This document shows positions 40,593 through 55,143 of a stretch of 64,000 bases of DNA, piece by piece. Where the stretch lies: assembly GCF_009914755.1 (NCBI RefSeq), contig NC_060937.1; one strand, given 5' to 3'. The notes under the pieces are model-generated. The model was not told where the DNA came from. It did no database searches and saw nothing but the letters and a program-made list of their open reading frames with translations. Source of the stretch: the human T2T-CHM13v2.0 reference genome, Homo sapiens. Within the stretch, counting starts at the first letter, position 1. Each line of letters begins with the position of its first letter. A program made the position numbers and the translations under genes.

Positions 40593-41863
40593 AATTCATA
40601 AATTTATTTAAAAATGACTCTAAAAGGAAAAAGTGAAATGGAAGAAAAATATTGTAAGCAAAGAAATAGGTAAACATGTGAGTAAAACTAAACAAATATT
40701 GACTATATAGAACTATGAAGTAATGCCTAAATTGAGTGTAAAAAAATTAAATAGAAAAATAAAATATAAGATAGGGTAGAAATCAAAGCTCAAATTATCT
40801 AAAATATTATTCAGGAAAAGAGCAAAGATATTGAAGAATTTTAGACCTTTGGTCAAGTGCATAGTTTAAAAATTTAGGAGTAATCATTGAGATAACAGAA
40901 ATTGAGAGTAATATCATATCTTTCAAATAGTATTAGAGAAAAAAAGTCATTTAAAAAACTCATTCCAAAAGAAATCAAGAAAGGAGAAAAAACAAGTAAC
41001 ATTAAGCATACACACGATAAAATAATAGAAATTATTCCAAATATACCAATAATCATGTTAAATGTAAATACATCAAACTCCCCAATTTAAAGGCAAAGAC
41101 TGTCAACTAGACAAGGGGTGTTACAAGAGAAATACCTAAAACATAAGGATGCAAAGTAAAAGAATGGAAATAATTGTATTAAGCAAACAATAGTATAGAT
41201 AAGAAAATAGACTTTAAGACAAAATCATTATTAGAAATAAAAGAGAACTATACAATGATTAAAAGCGAAAATTCACTAAGGTGATAGCCAATTCTAAATT
41301 TACATGTACCTAACAGCATGGTCACAAATATACAAAAGCTAAATTTCCCAGACTTACCACAAGAAATTGACAATATACAATTATCATAGAGGATGACTCC
41401 TTTCTCAAAAACTCAAAAACTGATCAAGACAGATATTAGGAAGGGTATAGAATATCTAATTTTAAAATACAATTAACAAGCTTGCTTAAACTCATGGACA
41501 TCCTACCAATGAGAACACATATTCTTCTTATCTATGAAACATTTTCAAAAATTGGCCAGTTATTAAGCCACAAAGAAGCTTACAATACATTCAAAGAATC
41601 AGTATCAAAAAGGCCATTTCTTTCCCCATAGTTTGGAAATCAATAATAGCATAACTTTTTAAAAACTATTTATTTGGAAATTAAAAAAAAGGTCCTTCTA
41701 AAAAATAAAAGTTATCATATTGAATATTTTAATAGTTGGAGCTACACAATAGTAAGAATTAAAAGAGGACAATGTGGTAGAACCTCTTGACTTCTGCTTC
41801 CAGGAGGATGGTGTAGATGTGCTTTTCCCTACTTCTCCTGCTAAGTACAGTTAAAATTCCTCA

Positions 41864-42152
<289 letters not shown>

Positions 42153-42549
42153 TATATATATATCCTGGACGATATGTATAAAACCACAGACATATGAAGA
42201 GACTGGGAGATAGAAAAAGGCGGACCAACTAGGGCATCTCAGAACTCAAGGAACGACATGCTCATGCACTCCCTGGATTTTCTTTTGCTTCATAAATCTC
42301 AAACTGTGTGCTGGAGAAGCCAACCACATGGAAATGCTGAGGGGCACATAAACAAACAAATAATTAAGACCTATTTTCTCTAGCCACAGGACTAGGAAAA
42401 GGGGCAATCCAGCAAGACAGAAACTTTTAGACAATAACCACTCTACCCCAACCAAACACCACAAGAACAACCTCTCTGTGTGATTTTTCAACTGATCAAT
42501 CTATAGTTACTTTAAGATGAAAAGTTTTTTTTAAATGAGTGATGCGATA

Positions 42550-44490
42550 GTAAGTAGCTGAGTGGCTAGTTTATTTTAGAGGTCAGAGAAGCACTCTCTG
42601 AGAAGGTGACATTTTGGTTGAGACCTGAATATCAAAAATTGAAGCAGAGGAAACATCTAGAGAAAAGTCCCTAAGGTGGAAGTGAGTTTGGTGTGTTCTA
42701 GAAAAAGAAAAAGAAAAGTGAGTTTGGTGTGTTCTAGGTTGAAAAGTACAGGAAGAGTGGGGAAGTGATACAAGACAAGTAGAGGTGTGAGAAAGCCCAA
42801 GACATAGAGTGATTTTTATACCTAATTAAAAGCCATTTAAACAACTGAATTATATATTCTGATTTCAGTTATTAAGTTTTTAATAACTTAATTATGCAAA
42901 TAACTTTAATCATGCAAATAACTTTAATATTTTTAATCTTTAATCATGCAAATTACTTTAATATTTTTAATCATGCAAATTTTTATTGGAAAAGAATTGT
43001 TGTCCAGCCAAGCTGCAAGCAGAGGAACTAAGGAGTCCCATGAGTTGGTGAGAGATGGTGATAGCTTAACATATGAGGTAACCATGGAAAAATTATGAAT
43101 ATGTTTTGAAGATACAATAGACAGATTTTTTAAAATGTATTAGATGTAAGAAATTTAAAAAAAAAGAGCAGACAGAAGGGAAACTTCTCAGTTATGGTTT
43201 AAGAACAGGGTAGATGGTCATGCATTAACTGAGACTGTGAATATAGGACAGAATACAGGCATGCGGTTGGGGGTGAGGAATAGAAATTCAGAGTTCTATG
43301 TTGACAAAGTTAGATTTAAGATTGGATATGTAAATGAAGGTGCTAGGTGGGCCCTTCTGGGAAGAAGTCCTATTTGATATATAGAGACTTATTAGCATAA
43401 AAATGGTATCTCAATCACAGGATGACACCTCCCAAAGCAGATGTCTGTTGATAGAAAAGAAAGAGGAATTAAGACTGAGCCAGGGAGAATTCCAAACTTA
43501 GAGGTCAAGATGAGCAGAAGAAAGGCGAAGGAGATTGAGAAAAAGTGGCTAGCAAAGTGGAATAAAAACCAGAATATTGTAGTGTCACCTCTTCTAGAAG
43601 GAAGAGGTGATCAATGGGTCTTAGACAAGAACAGAGAAGCGGTCACTGTATTTGGCAATATGGAAGCTATTATTGTCCTTTATGAAAGAAGTCTCCATGG
43701 AGTGGTACAAAGGAAGTCTATTTGGAGTGGACTGGGTCAACAATGTAAGGTAAAGAAATAGAACCATGACTATAGAAAACCCATTTTTGAAGTTGAGCTA
43801 TGAAGGAAAGAGGAGAAATGGGGAGGGCAAGATATGGAAATGGGATGAAGAATTTTTTTGAGATAGAATATACAAAAGCAGTTTAATTAAGCTAATGAGA
43901 ATGATACTATATAAAGAGATATTGACGATGATCCAGGTAAGAGAGGATTACTGCAAGGAAAATGTTCTTAAGAAGCTGAGAGAGAATGGGACCCAGAGCA
44001 TAAAAGGAAGTGTTGGACTTCAACCATAGTAACAAGAAGGAAGGGAGACTACGGGTGCAAGTGGAGGCTGCTAAAGGAAAGATGAGACAGTTCTTATTTT
44101 ATCTCAACCATTTTCTCAAGGAAGTATGAGGTAAGGTTGTAAGTTACAAGTTAAGATGTGGAAGAAGTGGCATAGGAGTTTTGAGGGGGAGAAAAGAAGG
44201 TGTGAAATAGTTGTTTAGAAGTGAGAACTTGAACATGCCAGAGAAGACCAGAGGATTGCTAGGCAGTGTGGTGTGCCCTTCCAAGAGCTGTGATCATGGA
44301 CCCAACGTGAAACCAGCCAGCCTGGCCTCCTGTTCCTCTCTAGCAATACTGAGCTACTTGAGTGCAGGCATGTTGTTGGCAGGTATTTGGGTTTAAGTAG
44401 AGCTGGACGGATGAGTTGGTTGCCAGATGAGAGATGAGTGTGATGACAGAAGAGAAGAACGAAGGACTCAAAGGTGTTTGGAAGAGAGTG
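42550..44490 (-). mobile_element. Long L2 fragment
   Basis: Purine-rich antisense L2 motifs (ggtcagagaagcactctctgagaaggtgacattt; aagactgagccagggagaattccaaacttagagg). Confidence 0.7.
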
Positions 44491-45719
44491 ACTGCAGTGT
44501 TGCGTGGTCTTCAAACTCTTGCTTGCATAGCCCCTAAAAATAGTTTTGAAAAACTATGTACCCACACATTTTAAGATAACATCTAAATTTTTCATTGTAA
44601 GTCTAAATGTGATATATTTTTGACATACAGTACACTTTTATATCTCACTTTTTAAAAAATGTAACCAATGAATTTAAATACCATATAATTTTGGTACCTA
44701 CCATCATCCATTTAAAAATACATTTAGAAGTGCTTCTTAAATTGAAATTGTACATCTTTTCTTTCTATTTGAACCTGTACTTTCAGTCTACTCCCTTCAC
44801 ACCCACCCCCACAACTAAATTCTACAATATATTTTTGTACTCATAAGATTTTTATTTATCATTCTCACACATTCCTCTGCAACAAAAATATGTATATAAA
44901 CTAAAGTTCAATGTAATTTTTATATTTTCCATGAGTATAAGCCTCTAAGTGTTGAAAATTGTCTTCTAGACTAACTTACTATTGCAATTATGATTGATAT
45001 ACAAGTGACTAAAATAATTTTTATATATTCAGACTTTTATCAAAACAGAAATATGTTAACATTTTTGATAAGTAACTATTAAACAAAATTAAACATTTTA
45101 TTGTAAGTTCTTCTCTTAATACAAACTAGAACAGTTTAGATAAATGAGGATACCTTTTTCCAGTTAATTATTTCATCCATGGGAAAAAGTTACTTATTTC
45201 TAGATTAAGTCATAGAAAATATAGACCATCATTATATATTTTTATTGTTATATATGTGCTGAGAAACTTTTTTCTCATACCTATGTAGATAAGAATAGAA
45301 AAACATTTTATAGCAATGTCACTCAACCTTTTGAATTCCTTTTGATCTGAAAGCCAAAAAATATCATATAAGGATCTATCATCCTTATGTTATATGGAAT
45401 ATGTTAATAACCTATCAGCTGATAACTCAATTTATTGGCAGTAAAGAATTAGAAATCTCCTAACTTGCAAATGGACTTGTTATCCAGTTATTGGAATCAT
45501 TTATTTTTCTGAAGGAACACATGCCAAAAAAGCTTTACTAAGGTTTATCTGAATGTAAATTATAACTTGCTACTCTTTCACTTAGAGGCACTTTGTTTAA
45601 TTCAATATATTCAGATAGAAATTTGGAAAAGTAAATAATGTTAATTTGATTATGCCTTGGTCAATACAATATGTTTGATAAAATGCTTTAATTTAATCAT
45701 ATTTTGTTTTAATTAAACT

Positions 45720-45975
45720 TCTTTTTTTAATTTATAATTTTTGTGGGTACATAGTAGGTGTATATATTTATGGGATACATGAGATGTTTTGATACAGGCA
45801 TGTAATGCATAATAAACACATTATGGAAAATGGCGTACGCACCGCTCAAGCATTTATCCTTTGTGTTACAGTCTAATTATATTCTTTTTGTTATTTTAAA
45901 GTGTACAATTAAATTATTATTGACTATAGTCACCCTGCTGTGCTAGTTCTTATTTATTTTTTCTGTTTTTTAATA
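45720..45975 (-). mobile_element. L1MA 3' end
   Basis: tttttgtgggtacatagtaggtgtatatatttatggga...gactatagtcaccctgctgtgcta. Confidence 0.85.
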
Positions 45976-46100
45976 CCTGTTAAACTTCATATTTCGAGAT
46001 AATTGTAGATTCACGTGCAGTTGTAAGAAACAATACGGGGAGAGCTTGTGTACTCTTTATTTGGTTTCCCCCTCTCATCACATGTTCTTTGTACATTTTC

Positions 46101-46447
<347 letters not shown>

Positions 46448-46971
46448 TAAGGAAAACGCCCTCCATGCAATCTAACTGGCAAAGCCAATATCAGTGCCAA
46501 ATCAGCAGCAATATCAGACTTTATTGCATTCAGAAAGCGGCTGACTTTTTACAATTGTATCTTCACATGTATTTTATGGATATTATTAAAATACTGAGGT
46601 AGAAACTACCGAATATATTTTGCAAACTAGATTACTTGTTTCTGCAGCCAAGATTAAAATGATGTAGAATTCATATAATTATTTTGTATGTCTTTCAGCT
46701 ATTATAAAAACAAGACCACAATAATACATTGTTTCTCAATAGTTATCTGGTATAATGCAATGTAATGTGCAATGAGATGGTAATTTTTTTATGAAATGAG
46801 AACTATTATGATAACATGAATGACCTTCCTCTGGTAAGTGAGTTGTATACATGAATCAAGTTTGTTTTTCATCCTTTTGGAATGAGTAAATAAGAATTAA
46901 TATGAAATTAGAAATTTTCTTTTTTTTTTCTCCTTTTATAGCTATGTTGCCAGAAGAGGTGAATAGAACAT

Positions 46972-47095
46972 TTTTTTTAATTTTTAAAATTTTTTTAACT
47001 TTTATTTTAAGTTCAGGAGTACATGTGCAGGTTTGCTACATAGGTAAACTTGTGCCATGGGGGTTTGTTGTACAAATTATTAAGCCTAGTACCCA
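46972..47095 (-). mobile_element. Short L1PA/PB 3' end
   Basis: aacttttattttaagttcaggagtacatgtgcaggtttgctacataggtaaac. Confidence 0.85.
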
Positions 47096-47469
47096 TTTTC
47101 TATTAATTTTCTTAGATACAGTAGTCTTCAATAATAAATTTAGACTTTTCCTCTGAATTAAGGAAAAAGGCACATATGCTAAAAACTCACTGGCCCAGCA
47201 GCCAACACATAGTATTATTTACTGTTAACAGGAGGCACAAATTATTAAACATTTTATAAGGTAAAATCTTAAATTTGTTAAAAATAAATTTTAGCTATCT
47301 TATTGAATAATGAACATGAACTTAAATTATTATTTTTTTACCTTATATATCTTGAAAAAATTGCTAATCTTGGAAAGCATTCCACTGATAGCTGCAAGAA
47401 TCAGCATCATGAACCTATTCTACCAGGACAGTTCAAAGGTTCTTTTCATTTCACTTGATAAAATGTCCT

Positions 47470-48048
47470 GGGAATGGGGGAAAGAGTAACTCTATGGGAA
47501 AAAAATCTGCCAAACACTACCTCAGCCAGGTGATCAAGGCTAACATCAACAGTGATAAGTCATGTTGATAGTGTGTACCCTGGATATGATGTAAAGAAAA
47601 TGGCACTTTACCTCTGAGATTTTTCTCCCAAAACCTAGAAGTCCAGTCTAATCATGAGAAAAACATCAGATGAATTCCAATTGAGGGATATTCTACAAAA
47701 TACTTGGCCAGTATCCCTCAAAATTGTAAAGGTCATTGAAAGCAAGAAAGTATGAGAAAGTGTCACAGCTGAGAGTAGAATATAAGGAGATATGAGTGCA
47801 GTATTCTGAATAGGACACTGGCATAGAAAAAAGATATTAGGTAAAAAATAAGAGAAATAATATGGCCCTTAGTTAATAATAACATCATTATTGAAACATT
47901 AATTGCTTTATTAATTATGACAAATATACCATAATATTGTAAGATATTACTAATAGGGGGAGCTAAGTGTGCAGTAGATGGGAATTCTATCTTTGTCAAT
48001 CTTTGTAATCTATCATTGTTCTAAAATTTTAAAATTTAATTTAAAAAA
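47470..48048 (+). mobile_element. L1MC 3'UTR
   Basis: caaacactacctcagccaggtgatcaaggctaacatcaacagtgataagtcatgttgatagt. Confidence 0.8.
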
Positions 48049-50674
48049 TAGTCCTAAGGATAAGTATCTTGAATAAATAAAGTAAAACAAAAATTGTTCA
48101 GGTATGTTTTTTAACATGTTGTTTTTAATTCTCAGCATTTTCTGATGATATCTTCTTTGCTTTGCCTTCACAGGACTCTACTTTCAGAGCAGTAGTTTCC
48201 TTGGTAACAGACCAAAGATAAAAGAGTCAAAGTAATTAAACAAAAAAGATTATTATTCTTTCCATATCATTCTATCCCGTATCTGACTCCAGAACATTCC
48301 AACATGGGAAAGATACACACTGTTTATAGGACCAAATACATAGAAGACAGGAAAACCAGGAAAGTCCTAAGTGTTTCAATTAATTATTAAGAACATTTTC
48401 CTAAAACTAATACTTTGGCACATCACTTTATTTGGCACTCTGAAGGTTTTACGGCCCAGTTGCATACATGATAGTAAGATTCGGGATGGATGAGGTATGT
48501 GTCTTTCTCATGTAGAGTAGGTGAAGGGGCTCCATACATACCTGTGAGTTCTCAGGTGGACCTACTTAAGAAAAAGAATCTATATGATTGAGAGTTTCCT
48601 TAAAACTTTCTTTGCAAGGAAGTCCTCCCTTGGGAAGTCTTCCTGTACCTGATGGGCACCTAGTTTGCAGACCACTGGAGTGATGAATTATGGTGTCTAA
48701 GCTGGACAAGAAGGGAAGTGAGAACAGAGGGGGATGACCGACTGAGAAAAGCAGTGGGCACTGGTTTGGAGGGTCCCGTGAAGGTGGAGAAATACCTGGA
48801 GAAGTAGGAAAAGAAAAGAGAGAACAAGAGTAAGAAGAAGGGAAATGAGATTTCTTTAAAAAGAAATGGAAAAAAAAGCACAAGAAAAGGCAAGACTGGA
48901 GTGTGCGTGCTGTTGCGGGCAGGACAGTACCAGGACCAGCAGCATTTTCAGGCAGGCCTGTCTTCTCACACATCTTCATGGCAACCACCGCTGCCCGTGC
49001 TCAAGTCTGTCTTCTTCCCAACTGTGTCTCACAAACCCAGAACAGTTCCTGGCACAAGGGAGGTGCACAATAAATATTTGTCAAATACATGAAAGTATTT
49101 ATGACATTTAAACTGCAAACACTGTTCAGGGAAAATTTTCTCTACCTACCTGCCTGCATATCAAAGCAAGAAGTAGAAATCCTATTGCTACTGGCTCTGT
49201 TTTTATGGCACCATTTCCCAAAACACTTTCATTACAGGTACTTTGCATGGAAATATCTCCTTGAGCTTTGAAAAACATTTTTAACATATGAAAAAAATAG
49301 TTCAATATGTAACAGTAAGTCTGTTGAGTCTGCTGTTCTTTCCTGTCTCCCTCCGGCAGTGTCTGTGGAAGTGTCATACTTTCTTATTCTACACACATAA
49401 TACTCTGCTAATATTTACGGTACTGAAAGAATCAGGATCCATTTCTGTTTTCTTCTTTCATTGACTTGAGAGCACATTTGCTCAAGATGCACATTTTCCC
49501 AGGCTACCAATTGTTAATTCATTTTCACCTGAGTGTCCGGGGAGCAGCTGCCTGCACTCCAACTGTCCACTTGACAGTCAGTGCCATTCACATACCACAC
49601 TTCTGATGAGGATCCCTTCGAGTAAAACCGCAAAATAAGGCAAAGAATATAGCAGATGAGTTTGGCTCAGAACTATCTCAATAACAATCTTCTATTTTCT
49701 TCAAGATCATCAATACTAGTATGGTTAAATAACATTGCTGGGTTTTTAACTCTTTTTCCACAAGAGAAAGCATATTTTAGTCATGCTGAAAGCTGTAAGC
49801 AGACTTTCCCCATATATTTGAGGGTTAAGCTGAGGAAAGGATGACAACGCTCTTGCCAGACAATGGAAGTTACCAGTGCCAGACATTTTGGGCTCCAATA
49901 TCTCAAACCTATTTAGCTCTTCTCCACTCCACTCCACATTTCTTATTAATTCCTTCAAAGTTAGTTTTCTGTCCTAACACCCCAAGTTGCCCTTTTGCTG
50001 TTATTAAATTGTAAACCACGTCAAGGAAAACTGATCTTTGAGAAGTACCTAAGTGGCACATTATGAACTGCAAAGCTCCCACAGAGCAATTTAAAATGAT
50101 GAATATCCTTTTCAAACATCCTCTTCAAAATTGCACATGGACCTGAGCCAGTCACAAGACAGAGCTGTGGAGGATGCATGAAGCTCCCCGTCTGCTCTTC
50201 ACGTTGCTCATCATTGATTTATAACACGCAGTGCGTCATCTGGCCACACAGACATTGATGGGGCTCGTACCCCATGAAAAGATGCATCCATGGCATTAAC
50301 GTTTTTCTCCTACCTGCACCCTGATGTGACTCACTGCTATTCCAAGAGCATTTCCACCCACTATTCTGAAAAGGAAAAATAAAAAAACAAAACAAGAAAC
50401 CTGTGGTATATTTTAGACTTTGAAGGAATAAAGCTCTTTAGAGATAACTTGACTTCTGCTTTCTTTAAAGCAGCTTTGATATGTCTTCTCTCCCTTCAAA
50501 CACAGCAGCATGAGTAAATCCACTCCTTCCTGCTTCAAGTCTCATAAACAGAATCACTTTTTTTTTTCCTGGAGTGTGTACCATTCACTGCCTGGGTGAG
50601 ACATACAGATATTTCCTTTCAAACAAGCCGTGAGAGGGCACTGTATGTTGCAGGAGATAAAAATGAAGGCCACA

Positions 50675-50982
<308 letters not shown>

Positions 50983-52789
50983 AGGAAGGTTGCAGATTCC
51001 TATAAGTAACCTAAAGGCACAACTAATGCTGGTGTAACTTCTGAGCAGAACCTCCAATGGGGCAGGTATGATGCCTGTCTTCCTCGGCCCACTTTAGCCT
51101 GGTCCCATCTCCTGGAGGAGCAGAAGGGTAAAGAAAATCGTGCAAACTCTCACTCTGCAGCTGGCGCAAGGCAGGCTGGGAATGGGGCTGTTTGGTGCTG
51201 GTGTCTACCTCATTAGAACAGCCACTATGCTGGCCCCGCTGCTCTCCAGCCCTCTTCTCACAGGGCAGCCCGCCAGGACCTTCCTTCTTGGAAATGGTCC
51301 ATAACACATTCCCTTAGAATGTCCCGGGACCTCTCGTTGCCATTTTCCATGATCTACTCTCCACTCTCCCCCTGCCCAATGCCCAATTCTTCTGCCCTCT
51401 AATTTGCTCATTCCCTGAGATCAGACTTCTGAGAGTTCGCTTTGAGGGTAAACTCATACAATCTGCTTGGGTGCTAATGGCTAGTGCACAGAGAAACACC
51501 CCTGGCTCTTCTTTCCCTTCAGGGAATAGAGCACGTCTTAAACAGAGGCCTCTTATAAAACATTAATTTTCCAGCCCAGAGGAGGAGGTCTCCTGCTTGG
51601 AATTTCAAGTAAGATAAGAAGAGAAAGGGACATCTTGGAAAAGGCGGATCAGTGACTTTTGAGTGACTCTATTTGACAGCTATTTACTGGGTCCTAGTCA
51701 AAACATCACTGCAATCCTTGGAATCTTTTGGTCACAAAAAAAAAATAGATTTTTGCCAGGTTACCTCAGATAATAGGGGAGCTATGGTAAGGATACACAT
51801 CAAAATAAGAGCAACTGGAATTTCAGGGGAGCACATGAATAGCCAGGGTTATTCAACTTTATAGAAACTGAAATGTAGTTTAGAAATTGGAAAAGAGTTC
51901 AGGATTCAAGGCAGATCTAGTGAATATGTTAGCACGGAGTCCCCTGAAAAGAGGGGTTCATTCATTCCCTTGCCTTCATGTTCCTCTTGGCTTCAACTTG
52001 CCTGCCACTATCAGCCAACCACCACTCCCTCTCCTCTGCATGTATTTTGATTTCTGCTAGCTCATAACTTCTGCTTATTCATAACTTCTGCTTACTCATA
52101 ATTTTAACCTACACATCTCTTCTCCTTTCTCTTAGTTTCTAGGTGTACGTTTTTTGCTTCTGTTATGGATTCTAATTGACCCATTCTAATATTCCAGTTC
52201 AAATGCCCTAGATGGAGAAGTTACCTGGATCAGTTAATTAGCATTCTTCTTGTTGAAGTACAGCCTTTATATCAGGCCTCAGCCAAAGTATTCTTAGTTG
52301 TGAGCAATAAAAACTGTTTTGGCTGGTTTAAACAACAAAAAAAAAGGAATTTATTGAAAGGATTGAAGAGATGCTCAGAAAATGAACAGAGTTATTTTCT
52401 CAGAGTTCCTTTACAGAACACAGGTCTCTGATATTGTGGCTGATGGAATAAGAGGCTTGCTTGAAAGAAAAGAGAGTGAGCATGAGAGAGAAGATAAAGT
52501 TTGGAAAGGCAACATCAAAAGGAAGCTGAGATGAAGGAATAAAGGAAAGTGAGAGACAAGTTAGTCCATGCAGTAACCACGGTAGAACATTTAAAAAGTT
52601 TCCTGATAACCTAGAAGAAAATTAGTAAAAGTACTTCTGAATGTTGCTTTCAGAGCATGGCTGCAAGGAAGGAAAGATGGAGCTAGTATTTTTGAGCACT
52701 TACCAGATAGCAGACAACTGTTTGGAACTCTTGTGTGTGCATGTGTGTGTGTGTGTGCATGCACGCGTGTGCACACGTATTTAGCACTC

Positions 52790-52950
52790 AACAACCATTT
52801 AATAAAGCAGACACTATTTTCATTTTATAGATCAGGAAAATGAGGCTGAGAGGTTAAGTGTTTGGCTTAATTCACACAGAGAGTAAACGATAGCATCAGA
52901 ATGTAATGACTCTCCATCTGATTCCAAATTCCACACCATTTTTTCACAAC
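52790..52950 (-). mobile_element. MIR
   Basis: cattttatagatcaggaaaatgaggctgagaggttaagt. Confidence 0.7.
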
Positions 52951-53208
52951 CCATTTCTCCCTGAATAAGACTGAAGGGGAGGAGAATAATCATTGTGTTC
53001 CCTAAAAGTTATGTCTCCAAACCTTGCCTGTAAATTCCCAGGCCTTTGAGTGGTACCTGTCCTACCTATGAAGACGTCCTATGTAAGTAAATTTGTCAAG
53101 TAAAATGTTCTAGATATCTTATATGTGAAATTTTTTAAGATAAAGAGAACAAAGGCTTTGTTTCCCATATCAAGCTAGCTTCCCAAATTCTTCACTGTAC
53201 TTGGAGGC

Positions 53209-53558
53209 TGATATTGTTTGACTGTGTCCCCACCCAAATCTGATCTTGAATTGTAATAATCCCCATGTGTCAAGGCGAGGTGGAGATAATTCAGTCATGA
53301 AGGTGGTTTCCCCCACACTGTTCTCTGGTAGTGAATAAGTTTCATAAGATCTGATGGTTTTATAAATGGGAGTTCCCCTGCACAAGCTCTCTCTTGCTTG
53401 CCACCGTGTAAGACGTGACTTTGCACCTCCTTGCCTTCCACTATGATTGTGAGGTTTCCCCAGCCATGTGGAACTGTGAGTCAATTAAGCCTCTTTCCTT
53501 TATAAATTACCAAGTCTTGGGTGTGTCTTTATTAGCAGCATGAGAACAGACTAATACA
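53209..53558 (+). mobile_element. THE1 (MaLR) solo LTR
   Basis: TGATATTGTTTG...CTAATACA termini; TSD GAGGC. Confidence 0.93.
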
Positions 53559-53880
53559 GAGGCAATAAAGGAGTTTTGTACCAGATCAAACAGAGGATGT
53601 TATCAAGGCACCCTACCCTAAGCCAAAAAGATAAAGAGAAAGAAGAATTACAGAACCACTGAGTTTACAAAGTAAGACCACAAAACACATTTACATGTTT
53701 TCCCTGTGTCATTTTTAAATGGCCAGTATTTTTTTTTTTTTGAGAAGTGCAAAGTGGCCCTGTTGACTTTGGCAGCTACCCAAAAGCCTAAAATCACTAG
53801 AGTTTACCCAATGTCACCCTGAGGAGGTAGGACACCCTCACACAAAAGCAGAGGGGTTGGGCAATCACTGATACTAACTG

Positions 53881-55060
53881 TAGTGGGTTGAATGGTGCCT
53901 CCCCCAAAATATATGTACATCTAGAACCTGTCAATGTGACCTTATTTGGAAAAAACAGTCTTTGCAGACGTAATTTAATTGAGAGTCTCAAGATAAGATC
54001 ATTCTGGATTATGGTGGGCCCTAAATCCAATGAAAGTGTCCTTAGAAAAGAAGGGAAGAAGAAACATATCAGGGAGATGATTTGAAGTCAGAAGCAGGGA
54101 CTGCAGCAATGCATCTACCTACAAGCCAAGGAACACCAAACATTTCTGAATGCTGAGAAAAAGGCATGCCCAGTAGTCCCCCTTTTATCTGAGATTTCAC
54201 TTTCCACGGTTTCAGGTAACAGGTCTGTGATCTGAAAATATTCAATGGAAAATCCCAGAAATAAACAATTCATAAGTTTTAAGTCGCTACCATTCTGAGT
54301 AGTGTAATGAAATCTCGCACTGTCCTGCTTCATCCCGCTCGAAATATGAATCATCTTTGTCCAGTATGGATACCTCCTGTGGATATAATGGTGTATGCAC
54401 AGTGTCTAAGCTCCCCACCCATTAGCCACTTAGTAGTCATCTTGGTTATCAAATTGGCTGTCATGGAATCACACTGTTTGTCTTCAAGAAAAGTTTATTT
54501 GACTTTGTAATGGCCTCAAAATACAAGAGTAGTGATACTGGCAAGTCGGGTATGCCAAAGAAAAACTGTAAAGTGCTTCCTTTGAGTGAAAAGGTGAAAA
54601 TTCTTAATAAGGAAAGAAAAAACACACAGGCTGAGGTTGCTTAGATCTACAGTAAGAAGGAATCTTCTATTCGTGAAATTGTGAAGAAGGGAAAAGAAAG
54701 TTGTGCAGTTTTGCTGTCACACTTCAAACTGCAAAAGTTACAGCCTCTCATATACAGCATGGGATAAGAGCTTAGTTAAGATGAAAAGGGCATTAAGCTT
54801 GCAGGTGGAAGACATGAACAGAAATGTGTTCTGATGAACAGAACTGGGCTCACTACTATCTGTGGTTCTAAGCATCTACTGGGGACCTTGGAACACATAC
54901 CCCATGAACAATGCGGGGACTTCTGTATTGGATTCTCTTAGAGCTTCCAGAAGGAATCAACCAACAATTTCATTTCTGGACTCCAGATCTGAGATAGAAT
55001 ACATTTCCGTTATTTTAAGCCACCCAGTTTCCGGTCATTTGTTAACTCCAGGAAACTATG
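53881..55060 (+). mobile_element. MLT1B/C-like LTR interrupted by MER44
   Basis: tagtgggttgaatggtgcctccccc start; resumes at 54927 (gattctcttagagcttccagaagg...ttttaagccacccagttt). Confidence 0.8.
54172..54925. mobile_element. MER44 (Tigger7-derived) element, ~750 bp
   Basis: Terminal repeats CAGTAGTCCCCC...GGGGACTTCTG, followed by TA. Confidence 0.85.
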
Positions 55061-55143
55061 GGAACTAAGAAACTAGGAAACTTAGGAACTAAACTAGGAA
55101 ACTAAGTTTAGGAAATGTCAAGAAAAGCTTTATAAAGCACTTA

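Larger units (their letters stand above)
36540..41760 (+). mobile_element. Ancient L1M (5'/ORF1/ORF2-start region) hosting younger insertions
   Basis: Degenerate A-rich L1 ORF1 and endonuclease-region motifs at 39590-41760; edges uncertain. Confidence 0.6.

Noticed and set aside
42680-42738. 22-bp direct repeat with an A-rich spacer; similar short duplications at ~2641, ~31513, ~52061, ~58889 and ~62585
   Set aside because: Only two copies each. These are ordinary micro-duplications or a solitary poly-A insertion with TSD, not a CRISPR-like or other array.
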